DNA of 64,000 bases from Octopus sinensis (GCF_006345805.1 NC_043015.1:43834001-43898000); one strand, 5' to 3'. Shown: positions 10,325-22,675, counted from the stretch's first letter. Notes: a model not told the origin generated them from the letters alone. Translations and numbers: made by a program.

Positions 10325-13162
10325 ATATATTTATTCAACCGGTTTTCGTCATTGTATGACTTGTCAAGAATATCTATGTTTTAAGAAGTTATTTTAAAAT
10401 TAGAAAGGGGAAAAAAGAAAATTGCATTGTTTTTTGTAAAAGAATAATGATAAAAATGTACAAAAATTAAAAAATAAGTTCTCCGATACATTGTGAGTTC
10501 GTTGTACTTTGAGTTTTATGGTTGTTTACCAAAAATTACCTTGAGGTGTTAGATCCAAAGGGATTAAGAGCATGTGATGTGTTGTGTTGTTAAATTCAGC
10601 ATGTTGCAGGACACAGGAAGTAGTAGTAATTGTGGTCCTGGTTCTTCAGTTCCTGTGTTGTGGGTAAGGGGAGACAACTCTTTTGAGTTCTTCAATAAAA
10701 CCCAAATTATAAAACTATCATTTTAGCTTCATTTGTATTATCTTTTTTTATATAATTGCTTGTTAACTTAACTTTCAGATTTTAACACTTTATTTATATT
10801 ATTTTCTAATAATATAAATCTGCATAGACAATTGCATTTCAAATTGTCATATCATTTATAATAAAAATGATAGTAATAACAACAATAGTAAAAATGATAT
10901 TTAAAGAATATAAGTTTTAGCTTGAAGTGATGAATGCATGGTATCTTATATATTTGTGTTAGTCCATCCATGAAGAGTGAGGTAGAGAAAGGAAGTTTGA
11001 TCAACGAGGAGTTTGCATATTAAGTTGTGTTTGGAATTTTTCAATAAAGAGATTCTCCTTGTTAATTCTCTCCTGAGTGGTGATCCCGTCTTTACATTGG
11101 TAGAAGGGGAATATATAGAATTTGGGGTTTAAGTCTTTAGCACATGAGTCTAAGTGGTCACTCAGTGGAATTTGTCGGTATTCCGGGAGATTTATTTGTT
11201 CTTATGCACCGTTACTCGTTTACGTAACGGGAGACTCGTTTGTCCAACATAATTATGTTGGCAACCAGCGCATGTGAGAACGTAGATAAGGTTCTCGGAG
11301 GAACAGGAAAAGTTAGTCTTGATTTTAAACTTCGTACCTTGTTTGAAGGTAAATTCAGAGCCTTCAAGTAGAAAGGGGCAGGTACCACAGTTTGAGCGTG
11401 CACATTTTTTACTGTTGGGGGTGGATGTGGTGTGTGAAGTTTGGCATTTGTCAAGAGTTTTTTTAAAGATTTGTGTTGCCTTTTGCATTTGAGGATTTTG
11501 TGTGTATTTATAATGTTTTTCATTTTTGGGTCTGTTGACAGTAGACTGAGGTTTTGTATGATTGTGGTGTATGCTTCGATATTTTTGGGGTTGTGGGTGG
11601 AAATGTATGGAAGTATTTTGAGGTTGTGTGTGTTGTTAGGTTGGGTGGTTTTCAGTGTAGTGTTGTCTAGTTCTTTGGCGCGTTTTATTCCATACTCTAT
11701 AAGGGTGGAGGGATATTGACGTTGTAATAGTGTTTTTTTGAGGTCTTGAAGGCGTATTTCTCGTGTTTTGGATCCGAGACACAATGGTGCATACCCTTTT
11801 AGCTAAATTGAAAGGGATATTTGTCTTGGTGTTTTTGGGTGGCATGAACTAAAGAGGAGGTATTGTTGTGAGTCTGTGGGTTTGTGGTAGATGTCTGTTA
11901 TGATTTGGTTCTTAGGTGTTTTTATAATTAGGAGATCAAGGAATGGGAGATGATGTTTGCTTAATCCATAGTGAATTGGATGTTGGGATGTATGTTGTTT
12001 AGTATGGTTTTGAATTCCAGGAGTTTTTCATAAGGTTCTTTCCATATGATGAAACAATCATCTAAATACCTTTTCCAGTTTTCCATTAGGTAGGTATGGA
12101 AAACATGTCCAAATTTCTGGCTTGATATTTTCATAGAGTGACAGTTCGAAGTAACCCATTATGAGGTTCGCAAGGACTGGTGCAGCCTTGGTACCCATCG
12201 CAATGCCACATTTTTGACGGTAGTGTGTGTCGTCGAAGAGAAAAAAATTGTTTGTCAGAATGAACTTAAGAGATTCTGTAATAAAAGACTTGTTAATGCG
12301 GTCAGGGAATGTCTTGGTGTGTTTTTCTAGCCAGAAGTCAATTGCCTCTATACCATACTCGTGTGGAATGTTGGTGTAGAGGTTGATGACATCAAAGGAT
12401 ACCAGGAGTGCCTCCTCGTTAACTGTTTTCGGGAGGTGTTTGAGCATGTCCAGATCATCCCTAATGAAACTTTTGATGTGGGTAAGGAAAGGTTTCAAAA
12501 GGATGTCTAGGAAGTTACTCAGGCGGTGTGTTTCACAGGAGGTACCAGCCACGATGGGCCTTAGTTTTAGGTCCTCCGGTGCTTTGATGTTGATGTGGAT
12601 GTCAGTGGAGAGTTTGCAGGCTTCGGTGATGTATTTGTTTTTATGGATTTTAGGAAGGCCATAAAAAAGCTGGGCTTGCATTTGAAAATGGTGATATAAT
12701 CCCTTTCTTTTTCTGTGAGTCCCTGACCGTGTTGGCGTATGAGTGTGGTGAGGTTTCTGATTGTTTTTTGCTGTTTGTAGTTGTTAATAACCTCATAGAA
12801 AATGTTATTGTTAAGCATGGAGAACACTAGGTGTTTATAAAATTCCGTGTCCATAAGGACCACAGCACTCCCTTTGTCCGCTTCTTTGATGGTGAGGTTT
12901 TTATCCAGTTGTATGTCACGTAGGTTTTCCCATTCTTCCTTACTGAAATGGATTTTACCTTGGTTTTGCTTGGGGTAAAGGGGAGACTCTGGATGTGTTT
13001 ACAGAAATCGTCCAGTGTTTTATTTCTCCCTTTTGGTGGTAGGAAGTTGCTTTTATTTCTGATCAATGAGTCGTCCCCATTGTTGATATCTGTCAAAGCT
13101 TCTGTTAGGCGAAGTTTTCCTCCAGTGATGAAGCCATGAAAAAAATAGTAATCAAGCCCCAA
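10325..13162 (-). mobile_element. Penelope-like element (PLE): RT + GIY-YIG endonuclease, frameshifted and 5'-truncated
   Basis: Overlapping minus-strand ORF pieces carry LFYGLPKIHK, LRPIVAG, LVSFDVINLYTNIP, GIAMGTKAAP and WKRYLDDCF (RT), then a CxxxxCxxC linker and NLIYVLTC..C..NYVGQT (GIY-YIG). The last frame stops at 11001-11003. A hammerhead-like motif sits in the 3' region at 10331-10373. Confidence 0.92.
10331..10373 (-). ncRNA. Minimal type I hammerhead ribozyme-like motif at the PLE 3' end (U3-A8 variant)
   Basis: Reads TATTC-TTGACAA-GTCA(TACAA)TGAC-GAAA-ACCGGT-T-GAATA: 5-bp stem I, 4-bp stem II and a palindromic stem III. Confidence 0.6.
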
Positions 13163-14199
13163 GATGAAACGCTAAACTATCATAAAGAACTTTTCTAGGA
13201 AGCTACGTTGTGTTATATAAGTTTGTGGAATATATTTATTGGTGCAATAAATTATATAAGTCGTTGCTTGCTCGCAGTTTGGTTTGGTAACGTAACATGC
13301 ATTCACTAATAGATTTGAGTGTCTCAGGATCGAGCGCGAGTGTGTGTGTGTGTGTCCGTGTGTTATGCACCAAGGGATTTCTGCTGCAGCTGCCACCCAA
13401 TAATCTCTCCCACTCTCTCGACATCAATAGGACAAAATTTGTCATGTTTACTCTCAACCGAAGTAAGGCCCTATAACCTCACTACCTCCTCATGGTCCAA
13501 TAAAAATAAAGAAAACTTACTCGGCAAAAGGCGCGAGTAAGTTCAGTCTTACTTATTCCTCTGCAGAATCGAAGCTTCACCGCAGCAGCTAAGAAAACAA
13601 AGCAGAGATGGCGGACGGCCGGCTGGTAGATGCGATGGCTGCTGGATCGAACGCAAGTGTGTGTGTGTATGTGTGTCCATCTTGGAATCTGTACCTTTGT
13701 CGAAGCGGAACAACCACAGGATGGGGTCAGAAGTATGTTCCAGTAATCGATTAATATGCTTTTCAGCTGCACAGATTGAAATGTCTTGAACTGAAGTGCT
13801 TTGCCCCTCAAGAATGCAGCGCTCAGCCCAGTCCAGAAACTGAATCTACGACGTATGAATATGAGCCGCAGAGCTCTTCTCACCATACCACCGACCTTCA
13901 GGTTTGTACGCCAAACCATTCAGAAATGCTTACAGCAGCAATAATCGCAATCACGAGTAATGATTCCGGTGACTAACAACAATATCTTTTCACTGCTAGA
14001 GATGTTACGGATGTGCGAATATATTTGGAAAAGCTGCACGCCGTTCTGTTAGAGAATAACCATTATTGCATAAACACGCGTACGACAGTGGCAAAAGTAG
14101 AAACAATGAAAACGGCAAAGAATAATTGTCGTGTGTGAATATAAGAAAAGACAAAACTAAAAAACTTCATGAATGAATTTGAAATACAGAAGAAGTTAC

Positions 14200-14302
14200 C
14201 TGCATTTTCGTTTTGTCATCTTCGACAGATATTTTTTTGGCGGTTTTCTTGTTTGATTTGGTCATTTTGTAGTTATTGTGGTTCGTTGAACATTCTGAAA
14301 GA
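14200..14302 (-). CDS. Class A GPCR, coding exon (ICL3)
   Basis: Polypyrimidine tract followed by acgaag|, and donor CAG|gtaact. 103 nt, phase 2 to 0, exactly bridging the flanking exons. Encodes (S)LSECSTNHNNYKMTKSNKKTAKKISVEDDKTKMQ, which joins VLKML at the start of TM6. Confidence 0.85.
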
Positions 14303-14515
14303 CTTCGTGTAGAAAGAGATAGAAAAAAAAAATTAATTTACAGAAAAGCACGCGTTCATGCATGTATGCACACATATTCACACATTGAAGGAGACACATG
14401 CATGTCCATGTTCTTATAATTACTTAAATATGCATATATTTAGATAATCTCTCACACACACACACACGTATATATATATATATGCATATATCATATATAT
14501 ATATACCATATATAT

Positions 14516-14547
<32 letters not shown>

Positions 14548-14673
14548 ATATATATTATATATGTATATATATTAATCTATACCATATATATACATATACA
14601 CCATATATATATATATTTACATATAATCATATATATATGTATACATATACGTATATATATCATGTTCAAATTC

Positions 14674-14705
<32 letters not shown>

Positions 14706-15474
14706 TATATATATAATATATATATTATATATATATATATGCACACACACACACACACAACAAACACACGCACACACAGATATAACATCTGTGCTTCAAT
14801 ATGTTTGCACACATATATACATACACAGCCATACGCACACATATGCATAAGCATACACGTACATTCATACATATACGCCTGGCTGTGCATGTGTGTATGT
14901 ATGTGTATGTCCGTGAAAGAATATCTGGTAAACATCTTTTAATTATTGGAGCGCAGTTTCATTTCTTTTCAATTTCTCCTCGTCTACTTTAGAATTCAAT
15001 AGTTCACACTAAAATAAGGAAGGCAAGCAGTGTACTAATTATATCTTCAAACGTTATTCTGTGTTTATTAGAGAAAATGGTAAAATATAGCATAAAACAT
15101 TTAGGAATGTTGGCTCAATTGTCTTTACAATACAGTTTCAAATGTATAAGTGAAGCAAGTGGACATAGCTATAGAATATAATCGTTTCTAAATGAATTTC
15201 TTTCTGAAGAATTCTGAAGTATATTTATTATAAGTAGAGGAATTACAATGGATTATACAAATTATATAGACATATACGAACAGACACGCATACAGCACCA
15301 TCACTCACTCAAACGTATTTCTCTCTTTCTCCCTTGCTCTATACATACATACATACATACATAAATATATATATACACATCTATATCTATCTATCTATAC
15401 ATGTATAATATTTGTAAGTATATTGATACCTATATGAATGTATGTATGTATGTATGTATGTATATATATGTATA

Positions 15475-15546
<72 letters not shown>

Positions 15547-15974
15547 ATATATTTATACATATCTTATTTCTAAGCATATTTATACACGGATATAAATATA
15601 TATATATATATACATATATGCATACATACAAACATACATACTTATAACTGCGCATGCATACACACAAATATATATATACGTAAATAGGAATATATACATA
15701 TGTGTGTGTGTGTGTGTGCTTGCGTGTGCGTGTATGTCAGTAGGAGTATAAAAAGTTGTATGGATCCATGCGTATGATCAGAAATGCTGTAAACACGACC
15801 AGTATTATAAAACGTTGAACATTTCACAGACACGAGTTCCAATTAACGCAATTGCACAGCAGAAACAGCGTGAAACATACATACATACATACATACATAC
15901 AAACATACATACATACAAACATACATACAACATACATACATACATACATACATACATACATACAAACATACATA

Positions 15975-17100
15975 CTAAAATTGATAATAATGCCAAAAAC
16001 AGCTGGAGTTAAGAACAGAAATTTCAGCTCATATATGAATGGAATTTAGCTTAAAGGAATGTTCATACTCGAATGTTGAACGGGGAAAATCAGTCCCCCA
16101 GGGCACAAAACCTGTGCATTAATCGTTTCACTATCTCTCCTGTCCCATGTAAAAAATGCTACAAGTACCTAGGCATTGCTGGTAACATATCATACAGTGG
16201 AAGCACTCCGTCGGATACGACGACGAGGGTTCCGGTTGATTCGATCAACGGAACAGCCTGCTCGTGAAATTAACGTGTAAGTAGCTGAGCACTCCACAGA
16301 CACGTGTACCCTTAACGTAGTTCTCGGGGATATTCAGCGTGACACAGAGAGTGACAAGGATGACTCCTTGAAATACAGGTACAACAGAAACAGGAAGTAA
16401 GAGTGAGAGAAAGTTGTGGTGAAAGAATACAGCAGGGATCACCACCGTCCCCTGCCGGAGCCTCGTGGAGCTTTTAGGTATTTTCGCTCAATAAACACTC
16501 ACAACGCCCGGTCTGGGAATCGAAACCGCGATCCTACGACCGTGATTCTGCTGCCCTAACCACTGAGCCATTGCGCCTCCACAACATATCATACAAAGGT
16601 GTTGTGAATAGAGATACAGTGACCCGAGAATATTAGTCGAAGTATGGCACTCGGAACTCTTCTCTTGCCACAATATTCCACGATGCGTTTACAGTGTCAT
16701 TGCTGATTCCTACATTTGGGATGCTTGACCGGTGTGCAGAAGAAAATTCACTACATAGACATCTAAACCCGCATGTAATGTCGACGGATTCTACATTAGA
16801 AAAGAGATCAGTGTAGACAGCCTTCGAATGTCATCTAGTCCTTCTCAGACAGCAGAAAGATTAGATAAATACTTAGAGTTGAAAAGTGAAGAGAACAATA
16901 TCCAATGTGTCGGCAGCGAGTCCTCAGGAAGCACTCTCTCCCAGATGACCTTCCATACAATCTCAAAACATCCGGCCTAACATACTGCAAAGAAGATATG
17001 GATGTAAAACACTAAATATACCAAAAGAAACGAAAACGCGAAAAGAGAGTGATAAATGAGACCATGCATCGGTATGTTTGCCGTAGACTTGAAGAAGACA
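15975..17100 (+). mobile_element. Decayed R4/Dong-type RT fragment interrupted by a SINE
   Basis: Homologous to 42330-42770 (shares aacctgtgcat, tacaagtacct.ggcattg, aacatatcataca and tttgggatgcttgac). It starts right after (CATA)n. Confidence 0.7.
16197..16582 (-). mobile_element. SINE family C with a 13-bp TSD, inserted in an R4-like RT fragment
   Basis: Reverse complement of 5930-6305. TSD AACATATCATACA at 16184-16196 and 16583-16595. Confidence 0.88.
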
Positions 17101-17305
17101 GTATTATGAACAAACCTCTACATCCTACATCGAAGGTTATTTATTTGCAATCCAAGAACAAGAGATTAAATTCGACAAGATAAGTTATATATTAAGAAAT
17201 ATTCTTAAATGATTTTCGATTATTTATAGTTAATACACGTATTTTTTGATAATTAGTATCAGTTAAGATAAGTGCATTTATTCTATTACTTTTTTTTATT
17301 ATTTT

Positions 17306-17452
17306 AGACCTGATGAGTGACTATATTTTTAAATAGAATTAATTTTAGTTTGATTTAATTTGGAATCAAATTGATTTTCTTCTCTTCTTCTTCTTCTTCT
17401 TCTTCTTCTTCTTCTTCTTCTTCTTCTTCTTCTTCTTCTTCTTCTTCTTCTT

Positions 17453-17483
<31 letters not shown>

Positions 17484-17529
17484 TTATTATTATTTATTTG
17501 AAAATATAGCCATGAAACGTACGTAGTCT
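17306..17529 (+). ncRNA. Type I hammerhead ribozyme-like fold with a (CTT)n microsatellite in loop II
   Basis: Reads AGAC-CTGATGA-[GTGACTATATTTTTAAATA ... TATTTGAAAATATAGCCAT]-GAAA-C(GTAC)G-TA-GTCT. Confidence 0.6.
17388..17482. repeat. (CTT)n microsatellite
   Basis: Direct reading of the sequence. Confidence 0.97.
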
Positions 17530-17669
17530 TTTACTACTATTTACTATTTATTGTACTTTATTGATTTAAAATAAGTTTTTTTTATAGTATATGTTTTCTA
17601 TATGGTGTGAATAACACCTTTCTTTAATGAATTGTCTAATAGTGTTTTTTCTCTAAATTATGCGCACAA

Positions 17670-17734
<65 letters not shown>

Positions 17735-17861
17735 ATATATATATATATACACATATATAAGTATATCTATATATGAGTGTGTGTGTTTTTATATGTTTTT
17801 ATATATATACATATATATGAAGATATGTATATATATATCCATGCATATATGTGTGTGTTCT

Positions 17862-17907
<46 letters not shown>

Positions 17908-17915
17908 TATATATA

Positions 17916-17949
<34 letters not shown>

Positions 17950-18604
17950 GCATATATATATGAATATATATGTGTGTCTACGTACATTATTAAAGGCCTT
18001 CCCGCCTTCACCATAAATATTTGTCACGGTCATTACCTATATAAAACTACGTTAGCAGCCAATGGACGCCCCACCTTTCATGACCGTAGGGTGTTTTTCA
18101 TGTACAACACATAGACAGTTGGAGAAGACATAGACAGTTGGAGAAGCTCAAATCATTTTTTTCTACGAGAAATTTCTGATTCTTCACCTGATTCTTCATT
18201 AACTGGAGTAGTGTGCGCTGTACGCGGTCTCTCTAGTTTTTATGAAATGTTTTGGAAATTATTCCTTCCGTTGTAATGCATTTCCCCCTACTTATAATTC
18301 TGGTGAACACTGTATTAATGAAGCCAAGTAGTCGCCGAACCATTCAGTATAATGAAATAACGTGTTAAGTAGGTTCATAATATAATAATAATATATAATT
18401 CTACTCTCCTTCTTGTTGAAGAGATTATGTTGCAATTTGAGAGAGACAGAAAGAGAGAGAGTGAGAGAGAGGGGGAGAAAGAGGGAGAGAGAGAGCGAGA
18501 GAGAGGAAGACAGAGGGAGAAGATAGAGAGAGGCGAAGATAGAGGGAGAAGAAGAGATAACAGTGTGGTAGTGAGAGATCAAGTCAGAAAATATACTTTT
18601 CTTC

Positions 18605-19040
18605 TCTAGGCAAGAAGTCCGAAATTTTGGGGGAAGCGGACCAGTCGATTAGATCGACTCCAGTACGCATCAAGTAAATAATTTATCGACCCTGGAAAGA
18701 TGAAAGGCAAAGTCGACCTCGGCGGAATTTGAACTGAGAACGTAAAGACAGACGAAATACCGCTAAGCATTTCGTTCTGCGTGCTAACGTTTCTGCCAGC
18801 TCGCGGCCTTCTTTAAAGAATCATTTCTACTCTAGGCACATGGCCTGAAATTTTTTTTTGGGGGGGGGTGCCAGTCGATTAGATCGACTCCGGTACGCAA
18901 CTGGTTCCTAATTTATGGACCCAGAAAGTATGAAAGACGAAGTCGACCTCGGCGGAATTTGAACAGAGAACGTAACGGCGGACGAAATACCGCTAAGCAT
19001 TTCGTCCGGCGTGCTAAAGTTTCCACCAGCTCGCAGCCTT
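18605..19040 (-). mobile_element. Two tandem family A SINE copies
   Basis: The motif gtcgacctcggcggaatttgaac...tttctgccagctcgc is repeated twice. Confidence 0.78.
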
Positions 19041-19067
19041 AAAGAAAGAGAATATAAAATGCTGATG

Positions 19068-19398
19068 CTAAGACCCACTTCGGTCATGAACGACCGTGGG
19101 ATTGCACCTAGAAAGTTACTCTCCCAGGGACAAGTCCGAGCAAGGTTGTTTATGGAAAACCAGCAGTCGCCCATGCATACCAGCCTCCCCACTCTATACC
19201 ACCAGTGTTATCCAAAGGAAAGGCAAAGGGGCCGATAAAGCTTGCCACCTGTGACACTGCAACTCACTTCTACAGCTGAGTGAACTGGAGCAACGTGTAA
19301 TGAAGTGTCTTGCTCAAGAACACAACACGAAGCCCGGTCCGGGATTCGAACTCACAACCTCACGATCGTAAGCTTGTCGCTCTAACCACTGAGCCATG
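19068..19398 (-). mobile_element. tRNA-derived SINE family E
   Basis: Head CATGGCTCAGTGGTTAGAG...GTTCGAATCCC and core gttcttgagcaagacactt. Homolog at 62728-63062. Confidence 0.8.
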
Positions 19399-19782
19399 TT
19401 GATATAAAGATCTTTATATCAACACTCTTCATCGTCATTTTATTTTCTGAGCCCATCGCAAGAGGCTTTAGACGCAGGAATATTTTCCTTACATTGACAA
19501 AGAATTTATTTTGCTAATCAATACAGAAATTCCTTCTAATTAAATTTAAAATTTAAATGGTTAACCTCGGGAATTAGATATCTTTGATGTAAAACATTTG
19601 CATGCTGAATGGCCGTAAATGAATTGGTGATAATTTGGTTGCGTTGATGGTTTCTGATTTATGCTGCAGATTTAGTGGTGAGTGGTGAAATTAATGTTCT
19701 CTTGCGAGACTTTTTACTAATCTCAAATGACTGTGCCACACAGAAATGTGAATATTCATCTGTTTACTACTACAAACATGAT

Positions 19783-19784
19783 CA

Positions 19785-19823
<39 letters not shown>

Positions 19824-19920
19824 ACACACACGCACATACACACACACGCTCATACACACACGCACATACACACACACTCACACACACACACATACACACA
19901 CGCACATACACACACACGCT

Positions 19921-19963
<43 letters not shown>

Positions 19964-20135
19964 ACACACACATACACATACACACACGCACATACACACA
20001 CACGCTCATACACACACACACATACACACACACACACACACACACTCACACACACACACATACACACACGCACATACACACACACGCTCATACACACACA
20101 CGCACATACACACACGCACACACGCACACATGCAC
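19783..20135. repeat. CA-based compound repeat with a higher-order unit (cacacacgcacatacacacacacgctcata)
   Basis: The unit recurs several times within the tract. Confidence 0.85.
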
Positions 20136-20139
20136 ATAT

Positions 20140-20375
20140 ACTCTTTACTCTTTTACTTGTTTCTGTCATCGGACAGTGGCCATGCAGGAGCACCGCCTTT
20201 AGTCGACCAAATCGATCCCCAGGACTTATTCTTTGTAAGCCTAGTACTTATTCTATCGGTCTATTTTGCTGAACCGCTAGGTTACGGGGATATAAGCACA
20301 CCAACATCGGTTGTCAAGCGATGTTGAGGAGGGGGACAAGCACAGACAAACAAACATATACACAAACACACACAC

Positions 20376-20413
<38 letters not shown>

Positions 20414-20585
20414 CATATATACGACGTGCTTCTTTCAGTTTCCGTCTACCAAATCCACTCACAAGGCTTTGGTCGGCCCGAGGCTATAGTAGAAGATACT
20501 TGCCCAAGGTGGCACGCTGTGGGACTGAACCCTGGAACCATATGTTTGGTAAGCAAGCTACTTACCACACACCCAATCCTGCGCG
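20140..20585 (-). mobile_element. SINE family B
   Basis: Aligns by eye with 9440-10000. Confidence 0.8.
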
Positions 20586-20663
20586 TATATATATTTCCAA
20601 TAATAATGACGTATATGACTTGAGAAATTTTTTACGCCTTTACGTTAGTTGTCCTCTTTAACA

Positions 20664-20722
<59 letters not shown>

Positions 20723-22339
20723 TGTGTGGTGTGTGTGCGAGAGTCTTCAACTATATCTTTGGTTCGACCAAACACTTGTGAGTTGATTTGGTAGACGGAA
20801 ACTAGAGGAAGCTTGCGTTCATATATACATCCCCATAATCTGGTGGTTCGGCAAAAAAGACCGACAGCATAAACACTCGGCTAAAAACTTTATGTCCTAT
20901 ATACGACTTACCAGTTATCCACGTACAATGGCTCCTTTTATACTTTCATATGTTGCCAACAAGTGTCTTAAAGTGATGGAACAGCTCCTTAAAAATAGCA
21001 GCCAAATATGTTTTATTTTATGCTCTATCGTCTGTAAAAGTAAGCGAACTAGTCCTTGGGTATCCTAGATACTATGAAGTAAAATTAAAAGCCGAAATGG
21101 TTGCGGATGGAATGCTTTCAATTCAAATTTGATCGTAATTCTCTTCGATTTGTTTGTCTTTCATTATAAACCTGTTCGACCATAAAATGCCTAGCGTCTA
21201 ACAACGGTGCTAAATATCCCGATTTCAAGCCCTACCACCTCCTCAGTCACGATGCCATTCAGGCATTTCACTTTACTTAAAATGCTGGTTCCTCTTCCTA
21301 ATTAAACCAAATAACTACTAATTATTTGGTTTAATTATGCAGTGAAATGTAGTGAAATTCTCAGTTTAGTAGCTTTTTCCCCGAATTATAATGCTGTCCT
21401 TTATGTTGAAGTAATCATTTTACATAATCATTTGGCGTTTCTAAGGAGCTTAGTTGAAGTATGGCAGAAAAAAATTAAGTGCAATCACTTAGTTTAAAAT
21501 GGACGTCATTTATTCATGAGAAATTGATATTTAAAATTTTAGATGTTTAGGCAAAATTTCCATTCAAGAAAAAATAAACGATTAGAGAGAAGGAGGGAGC
21601 GGATGTAAGAGAGAAAAGAAAGAAGTAAAACTTTGATGACTCAGCCTCCACAAAATCAGAGCTCGCAAACTAAAAACTACTTGAAAAGTACAGATTCTTG
21701 CGCTTAGAAGGACGCTTCCAATACAGACACATTAATTAATGTTTTAATTAATGTGTTCTTGTATTGTTCTTATGGAATACTGTTGTTAATTGTCTTTAAT
21801 TTTGTGAAACAAGAAGCTGACTCTGTACTGTGAAAAATGTCTTAAGTGTGTCTCTACTTTGGTAAAATGCCAGGCATTAAGCGTACTTCTAAAGTACGTA
21901 GTCGGTACTTTATTGAACTCCCATGGAAGGTTGAACATCAAAGTTGATCTCAGAACGTAAAGTGCCGGAGCAAGTGCTACAAAACACTGTTCATCGCTGA
22001 ATATTTTAAAGATTGTTTCCAAATTTCCTACAAAGCCAGTGTGAAGGAGTTTAGTCAATTGTATCGAGTCCAGTACTCGACAGATGATTTTTTATCGATC
22101 TTGAGAGGATGAAAGGCAAAGTTGGCACTGCATAATTTGAACACTGAGCGGAATGAATTCAAAGAAATACCGCTAGGAATCTTACCCGACATGCTAACAA
22201 TACTGTCCGCAGGCCCTCTTGCTGAATACGAGGTGGTATCAAAAACTTCCCGGAACCTTTCAATACCATCTCCTATCTTAATAATAATGTACATAACTAA
22301 AGTACAGTGGATTACGTTATCGTATCCGTGGATAAACAG

Positions 22340-22675
22340 AGTACTCTTTTACTCTTTTACTTGCTTCAGTTATTTGACTGCGGTCATACTAGAGCACCGC
22401 CTTTAGTCGAGCACATCGACCCCAGAAGCCTCGTACTTATTCTATCGGTCACTTATGCCGAACCACCAAGTTACAGGGACGTAAACACACCAGCATCGGT
22501 TGTCTAGCGATGTTGGGGGCACAAACACAGACACACAAACATGTACCCACATACATATAAATATATACATATATACGACGGCTTCTTTCAGTTTCCATCT
22601 ACCAAATCGACTCACAAGGCTATGGTAGAAGACACTTGCCCAAGGTGCCACGCAGGGGGACTGAAACCGGAACCA
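22340..22675 (-). mobile_element. SINE family B, partial
   Basis: Aligns by eye with 9440-9950. Confidence 0.75.
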
